A stretch of DNA of 64,000 nucleotides from Mobula hypostoma (taxonomy: Eukaryota). Positions 13,306 to 25,040 of this stretch are shown here, piece after piece. The stretch covers positions 23,376,001 to 23,440,000 of the forward strand of contig NC_086097.1 of NCBI RefSeq assembly GCF_963921235.1, read 5' to 3'. The translations under genes and the position numbers were made by a program. Each line of letters opens with the position of its first letter. Positions within the stretch are counted from its first letter, which is position 1. Below the pieces are notes generated by a model. It searched no databases, was not told where the DNA came from, and was given only the letters and a program-made list of their open reading frames with translations.

Positions 13306-13525
13306 TTTACTGGTTTCTTTCTACCACGTTGAGTGTATTAAGCATTTTCTGACCTGCCTTCAAGTTCCCAGCATCTGCGGGTTATTTTTGTTTTATTCCT
13401 CTTCGGAACACTTCCTTTTCAAGTCAACAGCATCGTGACATGGATATATATTCTCATTCCTTTATGATCACTGGACAAAATATTATGATTCCCAACCTAA
13501 CAGCAGTAGTGGGGGATTCCTTGTG

Positions 13526-14863
13526 ATTTGGAAAGCGGTGAAATCATCGGACAAAGTCAGCATAGATTTGTGAAAGGAAAATCATGTCTGACGAATCTCA
13601 TAGAATTTTTTGAGGATGTAACTAGTAGAGTGGATAGGGGAGAACCAGTGGATGTGGTATATTTGGATTTTCAAAAGGCTTTTGACAAGGTCCCACACAG
13701 GAGATTAGTGTGCAAACTTAAAGCACACGGTATTGGGGGTAAGGTATTGGTGTGGGTGGAGAATTGGTTAGCAGACAGGAAGCAAAGAGTGGGAATAAAC
13801 GGGACCTTTTCAGAATGGCAGGCGGTGACTAGTGGGGTACCGCAAGGCTCAGTGCTGGGACCCCAGTTGTTTACAATATATATTAATGACTTGGATGAGG
13901 GAATTAAATGCAGCATCTCCAAGTTTGCGGATGACACGAAGCTGGGTGGCAGTGTTAGCAGTGAGGAGGATGCTAAGAGGATGCAGGGTGACTTGGATAG
14001 GTTGGGTGAGTGGGCAAACTCATGGCAGATGCAATTTAATGTGGATAAATGTGAAGTTATCCACTTTGGTGGCAAAAATAGGAAAACAGATTATTATCTG
14101 AATGGTGGCCGATTAGGAAAAGGGGAGGTGCAACGAGACCTGGGTGTCATTATACACCAGTCATTGAAAGTGGGCATGCAGGTACAGCAGGCGGTGAAAA
14201 AGGCGAACGGTATGCTGGCATTTATAGCGAGAGGATTCGAGTACAGGAGCAGGGAGGTACTACTGCAGTTGTACAAGGCCTTGGTGAGACCACACCTGGA
14301 GTATTGTGTGCAGTTTTGGTCCCCTAATCTGAGGAAAGACATCTTTGCCATAGAGGGAGTACAAAGAAGGTTCACCAGATTGATTCCTGGGATGGCAGGT
14401 CTTTCATATGAAGAAAGACTGGATGAACTGGGCTTGTACTCGTTGGAATTTAGAAGATTGAGGGGGGATCTGATTGAAACGTATAAGATCCTAAAAGGAT
14501 TGGACAGGCTAGATGCGGGAAGATTGTTCCCGATGTTGGGAAGGTCTAGAACGAGGGGTCACAGTTTGAGGATAGAGGGGAAGCCTTTTAGGACCGAGGT
14601 TAGGAAAAACTTCTTCACACAGAGAGTGGTGAATCTGTGGAATTCTCTGCCACAGCAAACTGTTGAGGCCAGTTCATTAGCTATGTTTAAAAGGAAGTTA
14701 GATATGGCCCTTGTGGCTACAGGGGTCAGGGGGTATGGAGGGAGGGCTGGGTTCTGAGTTGGATGATCAGCCATGATCATAATAAATGGCGGTGCAGGCT
14801 CGAAGGGCCGAATGGCCTACTCCTGCACCTATTTTCTATGTTTCTATGTTTCTATGTTTCTAT
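13526..14863 (+). mobile_element. Young 5'-truncated CR1 LINE
   Basis: Uninterrupted RT ORF, 3' UTR with GGCCGAATGGCC hairpin, and (TTTCTATG)n tail at about 14833-14863. Confidence 0.95.
13528..14757 (+). CDS. CR1 ORF2 reverse transcriptase, C-terminal 409 aa (5'-truncated, no true start)
   Basis: VDVVYLDFQKAFDKVPH, SGVPQGSVLGP, SKFADDTKL, RPHLEYCVQFWSP, RLRGDLIETYKI and FFTQRVVNLWN are canonical CR1 motifs. Confidence 0.93.
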   Translation: MESGEIIGQSQHRFVKGKSCLTNLIEFFEDVTSRVDRGEPVDVVYLDFQKAFDKVPHRRLVCKLKAHGIGGKVLVWVENWLADRKQRVGINGTFSEWQAVTSGVPQGSVLGPQLFTIYINDLDEGIKCSISKFADDTKLGGSVSSEEDAKRMQGDLDRLGEWANSWQMQFNVDKCEVIHFGGKNRKTDYYLNGGRLGKGEVQRDLGVIIHQSLKVGMQVQQAVKKANGMLAFIARGFEYRSREVLLQLYKALVRPHLEYCVQFWSPNLRKDIFAIEGVQRRFTRLIPGMAGLSYEERLDELGLYSLEFRRLRGDLIETYKILKGLDRLDAGRLFPMLGRSRTRGHSLRIEGKPFRTEVRKNFFTQRVVNLWNSLPQQTVEASSLAMFKRKLDMALVATGVRGYGGRAGF

Positions 14864-14994
14864 AACTCTAACACTGCAGCAGTTCAGGAAATCAAATTGC
14901 CATCATCTTCACAATCAATGCGAGATGCTAACATCAACAGCAATGTCCACATTAGGGGAATGCACAGTCGAAGGAATTTTGATTTGGAGTCCTA

Positions 14995-15352
14995 GAAAAG
15001 TATAGCACAGAAAAAGGCCTTTTGGCCCATTAGTCCATGCCAAATGATTTAAACTGGCTATTTCCATTGACCTCTACCAGGAGCATAGCCCTCTATGCCC
15101 CTACATTCATGCACCTATCCAAACTTCTCTTAAATGTTCAAGTGGAAGTTGCATGCACTAGTTGCACTGGCAGCTCATTCCACACTCTCACAACCCTCTG
15201 AGTGAAGAAGTTTCCTCTCATGTTCCCCTTATAAATTTTTCACCTTTCACCCTTAACCTGTGACCTCTAGTTGTAGTCCCACCCAACCTCAGTGGAAAAG
15301 GCCTGCTTGCATTTACCCAATTTATACGCTCATAATTTTATATACCTCTACA
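14995..15352 (-). mobile_element. Degraded CR1 3' fragment
   Basis: Reverse of TRGHRLRVKG..GNFFTQRVV..WNELP (CCCTCTGAGTGAAGAAGTTTCC). Confidence 0.7.
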
Positions 15353-16410
15353 AAAAGAGTGTATTCCAAAGGGAATTGACTTAACATTAGAAAGGGATAA
15401 AATTTCATCAATATGAGGAAAATACGAGGGAATGGAATTGATCTGACATTAAAGAATCTGCCACTAATGCTGTGACTTTTCAGTGCTATTGACGGTATGG
15501 AATGGTGGACTTGTCATGTATTGCCAGCACTTTTCCAGTCGGTGCTTTTTTTTTCTAAACATCTGTCATCTGCATTTAATGTTTATATTCATTGTTTATT
15601 TTTACAATTCTGCACTGTCTGCTGCTGACTATCCTTTTCTGGCATAGTAATATTATAGACTCATAAGTAGAATGCAAAATAATGGGATGCTTTCTTAGAA
15701 GGAATATTTTGAAGTTATTTCTTGAAGAGACACATAATAAGAGGAAGCAAGTGTAACACACAAAATGTTGAAGGAACTCAGCAGGGCAGGCAGCAGCTGT
15801 GGAAATGAACAAACAGTTGAGTTTTCAGACCGAGATCCTTCAGATTTTGACCCGAGAAAATGCCAGGAAAATGGGAGAGCAAACCATGTAATGTAGAAGT
15901 TATTAGAATTTTCAAAACACTCCTGCTAGATTTTAAATTTTGTTTCAGAATTGCTTAGTAATTTCATCTCCATTGCTTCAGAACCTTGTGCTGATGCAGG
16001 ACAATGAAACTGTTTTAGTTTCGAGTGTGATGGCAGCTTCTATTTTTACAGAGCTTCTGCCACCTAGTTAATTAAAATTACAGAGCTAGAAAGCCTTCGG
16101 GCATCAAAAACTATCCAGTGAGAAAATTGAAATGTCAAAGATGTCAGAGCTAAAAAAAATTGTGGAATGATATTACCTTTTGTACTTAATTGCTTGGTGA
16201 AAATTGTTTCTTCTTTGGGGAAAAAGTGTTTTTTTTTCCATTCTCTTGCCAGTGGAAGAAGGAATGACAGAAGTATAGGGAGCAAATAGCTACTTTTGTA
16301 ACCTGAGGACTTAACAGTAACACTGAGGTGTAGAATTGTGCTTCAGAGAGAGAGAGGCTATTGAGCCCCTCATGTCAGTACCAGCTCTTCTGACAAGGCC
16401 AGCCAAGTCA

Positions 16411-17295
16411 TAGTCATACTTTATTGATCCTGGGGGAAATTGGTTTTCGTTACAGTTGCACCATAAATAATAAGTAGTAATAAAACCATAAATAGTTAAA
16501 TAGTAATATGTAAATTATGCCAATAAATTATGAAATAAGTCCAGGACCATCCTGGTTCAGGCTCAGGATGTCTGACCCTCCGAGGGAGGAGTTGTAAAGT
16601 TTGATGGCCACAGGCAGGAATGACTTCCTATTACGCTCCGTGCTGCATCTCGGTGGAATGAGTCTCTGGCTGAATGTACTCCTGTGCCCACCCAGTACAT
16701 TATGTAGTGGATGGGAGACATTGTCCAAGATGGCAAGCAACTTAGACAGCATCCTCTTTTCAGACACCACCGTGAGAGAGTCCAGTTCCATCCCCACAAC
16801 ATCACTGGCCTTACGAATGAGTTTGTTGATTCTATTGGTGTCTGCTACCCTCAGCTTGCTGCCCCAGCACACAACAGCAAACATGATAGCACTGGCCACC
16901 ACAGACTCATAGAACATCCTCAGCATCGTCCAGCAGATGTTAAAGGACCTCAGTCTCCTCAGGCAATAGAGACGGTTCTGACCCTTCTTGTAGACAGCCT
17001 CCATGTTCTTTGACCAGTCCAGTTTATTGTCAATTCGTATCCCCAGGTATTTGTAATCCTCCACCATGTCCACACTGACCCCCTGGATGGAAACAGGGGT
17101 CACCGGTACCTTAGCTCTCCTCAGGTCTACCACCAGCTCCTTAGTCTTTTTCACATTAAGCTGCAGATAATTCTGCTCATACCATGTGACAAAGTTTCCT
17201 ACTGTAGCCCTGCACTCAGCCTCATCTCCCTTGCTGATGCATCCAACTATGGCAGAGTCATCCGAAAACTTCTGAAGATGACAAGATTCTGATGA
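16411..17295 (-). mobile_element. Young 5'-truncated Rex1/Babar LINE, (ATGACT)n-tail family, copy 1; 7-bp TSD CAAGTCA
   Basis: Nearly identical by eye to 53241-54669. TSD at 16404-16410 and 17296-17302. Confidence 0.9.
16528..17291 (-). CDS. Rex1/Babar RT C-terminal fragment (open frame)
   Basis: ORF track 16528-17337 has LQKFSDDSAIVG..LNVKKTKELVVD..YKYLG. The first about 15 aa come from flanking DNA. Confidence 0.85.
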
Positions 17296-17344
17296 CAAGT
17301 CAATGCACTCTCTTGCATTTTCCACACAGTTCTGCAAATATTTG

Positions 17345-17715
17345 ACAATGAATCAAAATCAGGCTTATTATCACTGACATATGTTATGCTATTTGTTGTT
17401 TTTATGGTTGTAGTACAGTGCAAGGTATTAAAAAAAAAGTTGCAATGAAAATTAAATATGTCAAAAGAGGAATAGTGAGGTAGTGTTCATAGACTGTTCA
17501 TGAAATCTGATGGCAGAGGAGGTGAAGCTGTTCCTAAATTGTTGAGTGTGTGTCTTCAGGCTCCTGTACCTCTTCCCTGAAAGTTAATGAGACGAGGGCA
17601 TGCCTTGGGTTGTAAGGTTCCTAAATAATGCTGCCTTTTGAAAATGTCCTCAGTGGTAAGATTATGCCCATGAAGGAACTGCTTGAGTTTACAGCTCTAT
17701 GCAACCTCTTTTGGA
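17345..17715 (-). mobile_element. Degraded Rex1/Babar-type 3' fragment
   Basis: Reverse tail AATCAGGCTTATTATCACTGACATATG plus AAGCTGTTCC..TTCAGGCTCCTGTACCTC. Confidence 0.6.
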
Positions 17716-17754
17716 ATGCCTATGCAAATATTTCCCTTGCTTATCACTTTTCGT

Positions 17755-18140
17755 TTTTTTCTCTTTGGAGCAAAGGTAGATGAGAGGTGACTTGATAGAG
17801 GTGTATATAATGTTAAGAGGCACAAATCGAGTGGACAGCTAGCGTCTTATTCCCGTGGTGGCAGTGGCTAATACGAGAGGGCAGCATTTTAAAGTGATTG
17901 GCAGCAACTATACGGGGATGTCAGCAGTAGGTTTTTTTACACAGAGCATGGTGTGAGTGTGCCGGGGTGGATAGAGTGACAGATACATTAGGGACATTCA
18001 AGGGACTCTTAGATGTACACGTGAATGAAAAAAAATGGAGGGCTACGTGGGAGGGAAAGGTTAGATTGATCTTGGAGTAGGTAGAAGGATCGGCACAACA
18101 CTGTGGACTGAAAGGCCTGCACTGTGCTGTAATGTTCTGT
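17755..18140 (+). mobile_element. CR1 3' fragment
   Basis: SLEQR.MRGDLIEVY...TRG...FFTQ, with a TTCT-type tail. Confidence 0.75.
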
Positions 18141-18619
18141 TATCCAATTCATAAGTTATTGCATCTACTTTCACCACCCTTGACAGAAAATTTTTGCCTG
18201 AAAAAAAACTTCTCCTCTGTCCCTGGCTTTTTAGAATTTACCTGCCGGTCACAAACATTCCTGTCAGTCGAAGCCTTTTCTCATTGCCTGCTTCTGCATT
18301 TGAGCACCTCTCTGTAATGAGTGTTAGTCGTGTCTCCTGCAAAATAAAACAATAGAAGCTAGCTTGATTCATGATCTAAAAGAAGAGAAATAGTCACTGA
18401 TCCATAGACTCTAAAAGAGTGGCCAAGTACGTCCATGTGCCTTGGGCCCATATCAATGTGACCAAGTACATCAATGTGCTTTGGGTCCAAATCTGCAATT
18501 GGAATTAAGATGCAAATTCATGATGCTGCTGAATAATAAAACTCACTGCAAGGGGCTGAATGGCTTTTCTCTCCCTTCCATTGGAAGATGGAGTATTTTA
18601 ACCTGAGGGAAGGCCTTGT

Positions 18620-19305
18620 GCAGAATTAGGCCATTGAGTCTGATCCACCACTCCATCATGGCTGATCCCAGATCCCACTCAACCCGTACACCTCCCTTCT
18701 CGCCATATCCTTTCATGCCTTGACTGATCAGGAAACGATCAACTTCAGCATTAAATATACACACGGACTTGGCCTCCACTGTCATCTGTGGCAGAGCATT
18801 CCACAGATTTACTACTCTGGTTAAAAGAATTCCTCCTTACCTCTGTTCTAAAAGGTCACCCCTCAATTTTGAGGCTGTGCCGTCCAGTTCTGGATACCCC
18901 CACCATGGGAAACATCCTCTCCACATCCACCCCATTCAACATTCAATAGGTTTCAATGAGATCTTCCAGCCGCCTTCTAAATTCCAGTGAGTACAGACCA
19001 AAGTTGCCAAACGCTCTCATATGTTAACCACTTAATTCCCAGAATCATCCTCGCGAACCTCCTCTGGACTCTTTCCAATGACAGCACATCCTTTATGAGA
19101 TATAGGGCCGAAAATTGTTAACAATACTCCAAGTGCAGCCTGACTAAGGTCTTACAAAGGCTCAGCATTATCTCCTTGCTTTTATATTTTATTTCCCTTG
19201 AAATAAACGGCAACATTGCATTTGTCTTCTTTACCACAGACTCAATACGTCAATTAACCTTCTGGGAGTCTTGCACGAGTACTCCCAAGTCCCTCTGCAC
19301 CTTTG
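18620..19305 (-). mobile_element. CR1 3' portion, degraded
   Basis: ORF 18543-18785(-) TVEAKSVCIFNAEVDRFLI..GMKGYGEK; upstream LEYC.QF and VQDSQK remnants. Confidence 0.75.
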
Positions 19306-20021
19306 GGTTGTGTGTGTTGTTATTGAAAACAGCGCATTTCATTGTATGTTCTGAGGAATTTATGATAAATAAGTAAGTCTGAATCTGAGTATGAGATAAC
19401 TATACAGAGATGGGCATCCCGCTGTTGAGAGAAGGGATTGAAAGGAATTTCACTTTATTTTCAAGGAAGAGGTCTGGGATGGGTTCAAAGTGCATTGATT
19501 ATTAAAGTGTGTATACCATACACAGTCTTGAAATTCATTTTCTTACAGACATTCACAAGAAAAAAAATGGAATCAATGAAAGACTACACACAAAGATTCA
19601 CAAACAACCAATGTGCAAAAGAAGATACTGTGTAAACAAAAAACATAAATAAATTGGTAAATAAATAATACTGAGAACATGAGTTGTAAAGTCCTTGAAA
19701 GTGAGTCCATAGGTTGTGGAATCAGTTTCGAGTTACAGTGAGTGAAGTCACCCACACTGTTCAGGAGCATTGATTGAAGAATAATTACTGTTCCTGAACA
19801 TGGTGGCGTGGGACCTTTGGTTTCTGTACCTCTTTTTCGATGGCAGCAGCGAGAAGTGAGCATGCCCTAGATGGTAAAGTTCCTGATGATAGACTTATTT
19901 AAATACAACGGGGAGAGGAGGAAATAACTTTGTTTCTCAAACTTGTTTACTATTCATTCTGATGACAGACTGACTCGCTTCATAATGTACGTAGTTTTCA
20001 AAGTAAGATGGGTAATAAGGC

Positions 20022-20240
20022 CACACACAAAATGCTGGAGACACTCAGCAGATCAGGCAGCATCCGTGGAGAGGAATAAACGGTTGATGTGTCAGATCAA
20101 GACCCTTCATCAGGACTGAACAGGTCTCAGCCCGAAACACTGATTGTTTATTCCTCTCTGTAGATGCTGCCTGACCTACTAAGTTTCTACAACATTTTGT
20201 GTATGTTACTCTGGACTTCTGCAAAATCTCTTGTGTTTAT
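20022..20240. repeat. Palindromic Penelope-like terminal repeat pair
   Basis: CACACAAAATGCTGGAG..TCAGGCAGCATC..GAGGAATAAAC is mirrored by GTTTATTCCTC..GATGCTGCCTGA..CATTTTGTGT. Confidence 0.75.
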
Positions 20241-21168
20241 GGGTAAGAGGATGATGTGATTTATAGAATTTTGAAAATAAAACTGGACATTTCCATGGAG
20301 AAAGAAGTACAGAAGGGTGCTTGGAACTTTATTGTTTCAGTAAGACTTTGTGCCATTGGAGTTTTGCCGGGTTATAATATTTAAAGTGAAACTGTTCTTG
20401 CCTCCCTTTCTCCATGGTGACAACTAGTGCTTGGAATGCACTGTTCATCTAGTAAATCATACTAAAGTGCTTCATAGAGTGTGACATTAAGATAGAGCTA
20501 CTTAATAAGATATAAAGGCAGATTAATTCATGCACTGGGTAGATTTTGAAGAGAGATTTGGAAAACTAGTTCGAGTAATCGTAACTCAAGCACGGCAGCT
20601 GATGGTAGAATGATTCAATCTGAGCATGTGCAATCAAACAGTTGGAGGAATCTGAGTGTGGTAAGGAGGCAGAAATGAGAGGATTAGAGGGACAAGGTCT
20701 TGGGTATTAATAATTTTAAGATCAAGATGCTGCTTGGAATGATCCAATGTTATTTACCAAACACAGGTTATTGATGAGCTGGACTTGGTGTAGGTTAGGA
20801 TCATGAACAGCAGAGTACTGAGTTTACAGATGCCTGAGGGGAACAAAGTCATGGATGCTTGCTGCACTACTGAAGGGGTTGCTGTGAATGTCACACTGAG
20901 GTGGTGAAAATAAAGAGAAAAAATGCAAGTAAGACTGTAAGACATCGGAGCAGAATTCAACCATTTGGTCTACCGGGTCTGCTCCATCATTCCATTATGG
21001 CTGATTTATTATTCCACTCAAACCCTCATAAGTTTTGCCGCCATTACTAATCAAGGATCTATCAACCTCTGCTTTACTAACATCCAATGTCTTGGCCTCC
21101 ACAACCAACTGTAGCGATGAATTCTACACATTCATTACCCTCTGGTTAAAGAAGTTCCTTCTCATCTC

Positions 21169-21718
21169 AGCTGCATCACTGCCTGGTTCGGAAATTGCAC
21201 CATCTCGGATCGCAAGACCCTGCAGCGGATAGTGAGGTCAGCTGAGAAGATCACTGGGGTCTCTCTTCCCGCCATTACAGACATTTACACCACATACTGC
21301 ATCCGTAAAGCAAACAGCATTATGAAGGACGCCATGCACCCCTCATACAAACTCTTCTCCCTTCTGGCAAAAGGCACCGAAGTATTCGAGCTCTCACGAC
21401 CAGACTATGTAACGGTTTCTTCCCCCAAGTCATCAGACTCCCCAATACCCAGAGCCTGGACTAACACCAACCTACTGCCCTCTACTGTGCCTATTGTCTT
21501 GTTTATTATTTATTGTAATGCATGCACTGTTTTGTGCATTTTATGCAGTGCTGGGTAGGTCTGTAGTCTAGTGTAGTTTTTGTGTTGTTTTACGTAGTTC
21601 AGCGTAGTTTTTGTATTGTTTCATGTAGCATCATGGTCCTGAAAAACATTGTCTCGTTTTTACCGTGTACTGTACCAGAAGTTATGGTCGAAATGACAAT
21701 AGAAAGTGACGACTTGAC
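21169..21718 (+). mobile_element. Rex1/Babar 3' fragment inserted in a minus-strand CR1 fragment (about 20930-21840)
   Basis: ORF 21232 has SAEKITGVSLP..IRKANSIMKD..HPSYKLFSLL; tail GACGACTTGAC. The CR1 host resumes at TAAAGAGCTGTCCTTCTATTCTGAGG. Confidence 0.75.
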
Positions 21719-23784
21719 TAAAGAGCTGTCCTTCTATTCTGAGGCTGTACTCTCTCAACCTAGAGTTCCCCCTATCCCCCCCCCAACTGCCGTCCACTCT
21801 ATCTAGGCCTTTCAATATCTGATAAGTTTCAATGAGATTTCCCTCCCCCCCCCCATTTTTTTTCTAAATGCTGGAAGTCTGAATCAAAAATAGAACATGC
21901 TGGAAGAATGGGCAGTATCAATGAAAAGTGAAACAATCAGCATTTTGGTTCTGTGACTTTCTATTAGATGTGATATTGCAGACCCAAAACACAGGCACCG
22001 CAGATTTTTTTTTCCCAAGATTCAAGGATCTTTTTTCTTTCCATAGATGCTGCCTGACTTGTATTCTCTGTACCATGAGGTTAACAAGACCACTTTTGCT
22101 TACACAAGTGGTTTAAACCAGAGTGACGCAGAACTTCGAACAGAGCAGCATGGGAGCAGCTGCTTCAGCCCACAATGTCGTGCCGAACCAATTAATCATC
22201 AAATGGCCAACTAATCTAATCCCTTCTGTTTACACAATGTCCATATCCTTTAATTTTCTTCACTAATCTATTGGCATGCCTGGTCCTTCGCTTGTCAATA
22301 TTAACCTGCAAATCGTTAATAACTTGTTCCTTAAATATATATATGTATCTGCTGCAACAGTTCCCTCCGTATAATATGTTAATATTATTCACATGGAATA
22401 TCTCCCCGACCACTTGTATCAATTTCTAGATCACAATTTTAAATTAAGTTTTTCTCCACACTGACACCTTGATCAGAGAAATAGCCCTCCCCTCATAACT
22501 ATGTCAAGTGCCTATGATATTGGTGTTCTTCATGTGAGATCATGTAATGATATAGAGGAGATGCACTAAAGCATCACTCTTAGCTGACCTTTGGTACCTT
22601 CTGATGGGATTGAAAGGCTGGCCTTTCCCAGTCCTTGCTTCATTTGCTATTGTTAACTAAATAGGAGGGTTGATTGCAAGTGATTTATAAGAACAAATAT
22701 CACTGGTTACTCTGGACCCACTTTATTCTAATGTGGGTGACTTATAACTGACTCCAGTACATAATACACAAAAACAGGACCTTTGCCCATCCAATCCATG
22801 CTGAAATATTCTGACTGGCTCCATTGACCTGCCCTCAGTTCTCCTCCCATCCATGTGTTTATCCAAACTTCTCTTAAATGTTGCAATCAAACTCGCATTC
22901 CCCACTCGTTCCACACCCTCACCACCCTCTGAGTGAAGATGTTCCCCTTAAATATTTCAACTTTCACCCTTAACCTCCAGTTCTAAAGGTAAAACTTAAG
23001 GATAGACTGTAAATATTGGCACTGCTTATATCAAAATATAATAACCTAACAAGAGAATCCATTTTAAAAAGTGTAATAGTGCCCAGGAAACTAGAGAACA
23101 GTATCTACAGTATCTTTATCAACAATATAAGTCATTGATGCATAATATAATGTAGTCAAGTTTCAATCAGAGTTGAAGGAGAGAGATGGACGGCCAAAGG
23201 GAAACACTTGTTTGATGCAGAAACCTAGTGGCTAAAGCCTGCAGCAACATTCCAACAGCCAATAAAGCAAAATTACTTTGGTAATTTTGATGGCACTACG
23301 TATTGACACATGTCAGAAAATTATTACAGCGTGAAGGTTTATATAAAAGAAATGTTGGAGGAAAGAAGATGATTTGCATATATACTCGATTGGTTCATGC
23401 AGACCTTTTTAATAAAGTTTATACATCTTTCCTTTGATTCAATCTCAGCAATATACTCTATGATATGAATATAAGTCAATCTTCAGTTTTGTCAGTTTAT
23501 AAAATCATAACTCTTTTCTCTTACACTACTTTTACACAGGAAGCTTGTTATTACAAGCACACAGGCATAAACTCTCCTTCCACCCACAATTTTCTTCTTC
23601 CTCCTCCACGCTGGTCTTTTCGCTCCTTTTGACTGGTTACAGCTCTTTCCATTTGATGTTTATTGAATACCAAGTTTCTGACTTGGTGTTCAATAAAGAC
23701 TAACTACATTGGTCTAAAGGTTCTATAGGAGACGTTTGAGGAAACATTCACAACTGTGTGGGAGACCAAGACTCGTGTAAATGA

Positions 23785-25040
23785 GGGGCGACAGGGAGGT
23801 TAGCATGTGGCTTTACAGCAGGGGTCCCCAACCTTTTTGTACCACGGGCTGGTTTATTATTGACAATATTCTTGCAGACCGGCCGACTGGGGGGGGTGTA
23901 GGGTAGGGTAGGGTTGCCAACGGACAAGAGTAACCGTCAAATATGTTGTGTTTACCCCGAGAAGACCTGTGTGCGCATGCGTGTACATGTCGATTTTTTT
24001 TTCCCCTACAAATCGTTTTTGGTGATTCTGTTTGGGTGGGGGGGTGGAAATGCTGTTAATCATGACCGGAATATAGAAGATCAGTCAACTATAAGTCACT
24101 TTTTAGTGGCTAATACACTCAATTCCCTTTCTAAAAGGGTTTATCTGATGAATTTAATATTAAACACACAGCGCATATTTTCCTCGCATGAACATAGTGT
24201 TAAGTCAATTACAGTATAAGTCACTTATAAGTCAATAGCATCATAACTTTTTAAGTAACGTTTGGATATTAAGCACATATTTTCCCCGTATGAACATATA
24301 AAATCATTGCAACAGACCAATATCGCTGAATCAGTGGGAGCCTTGGGCTTGTTTCCCTGCAACAAGACGGTGCCATCGAGGGGTGATGGGAGACAGCGAT
24401 ACTCGAAGGAGGTTCCTTATGTCCAGTCTATTCTGCAATTTAGTTTTGGTTGCATTCATTGCAGAAAACTCCGCTTCGCAGCGATATTATGTTGGAAATG
24501 GAAGCAACGTTTTCAGTGCTTTCGTGGCTATCTCGGGATATTCAGCCTTGACTTTGATCCAGAATGCCGGCAGAGGTGTTATGTCAAACATACTTTTCAG
24601 CCTGCCGTCATTTGCAAGCTCGAGTTGATCTCCTTCCCGCGCTGACATGGATGATGCATGCGTAATGACTTCGCGTGCGTTCAAATTCAACAGGGTGTTA
24701 CAGGGAATGAGGAAAGGTGCAGCTGACTCATATCGCCAAATCATACCGTTTCCTTGCGGTCCAGTAACACATGCTTCGCGGCCCGGTGGTTGGGGACCGC
24801 TGCTTTACAGTACAGGTGATCCAGGTTCAATTCTCGCCACTGCCTATATGTTCTCCTGGTGACTACATGGGTTTCCTCTGGACGCTACAGTTTCCTCTCG
24901 TAGTCCAAAGTCATACAGGTTAATTAGTAATTGTAAATTATCGCATGATTAGGCTAGGAATAAATCGGGGGATTGCTGGGCAGCATGGCTTGAAGGGCAG
25001 GAATGGCCACTCTGTATCTCAATAAATTAAAATAAAAAAA
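23785..25040 (+). mobile_element. tRNA-derived V-SINE split by the hAT element
   Basis: Head GGCGACAGGGAGGTTAGC (about 23787-23804). B-box GGTTCAATTC and V-domain TGTTCTCC..TGGGTTTCCTCTGG..TTTCCTC lie after 24810. CR1-like tail GCTTGAAGGGCAGGAATGGCC...AATAAA. Confidence 0.75.
23819..24802 (-). mobile_element. Internally deleted hAT (Charlie/Buster-type) DNA transposon, 984 bp, perfect 8-bp TSD CTTTACAG
   Basis: TIRs CAGGGGTCCCCAACC and GGTTGGGGACCGCTG. TSD at 23811-23818 and 24803-24810. Minus-strand hATC remnant FWIKVKAEYPEIATKALKTLLPFPT..CEAEFSAMNATKTKLQNRLD. Confidence 0.92.

Noticed and set aside
13671..14375. Antisense ORFs (134 aa and 93 aa) overlapping the CR1 RT
   Set aside because: Shadow frames of the CR1 ORF2 with no independent protein motifs.
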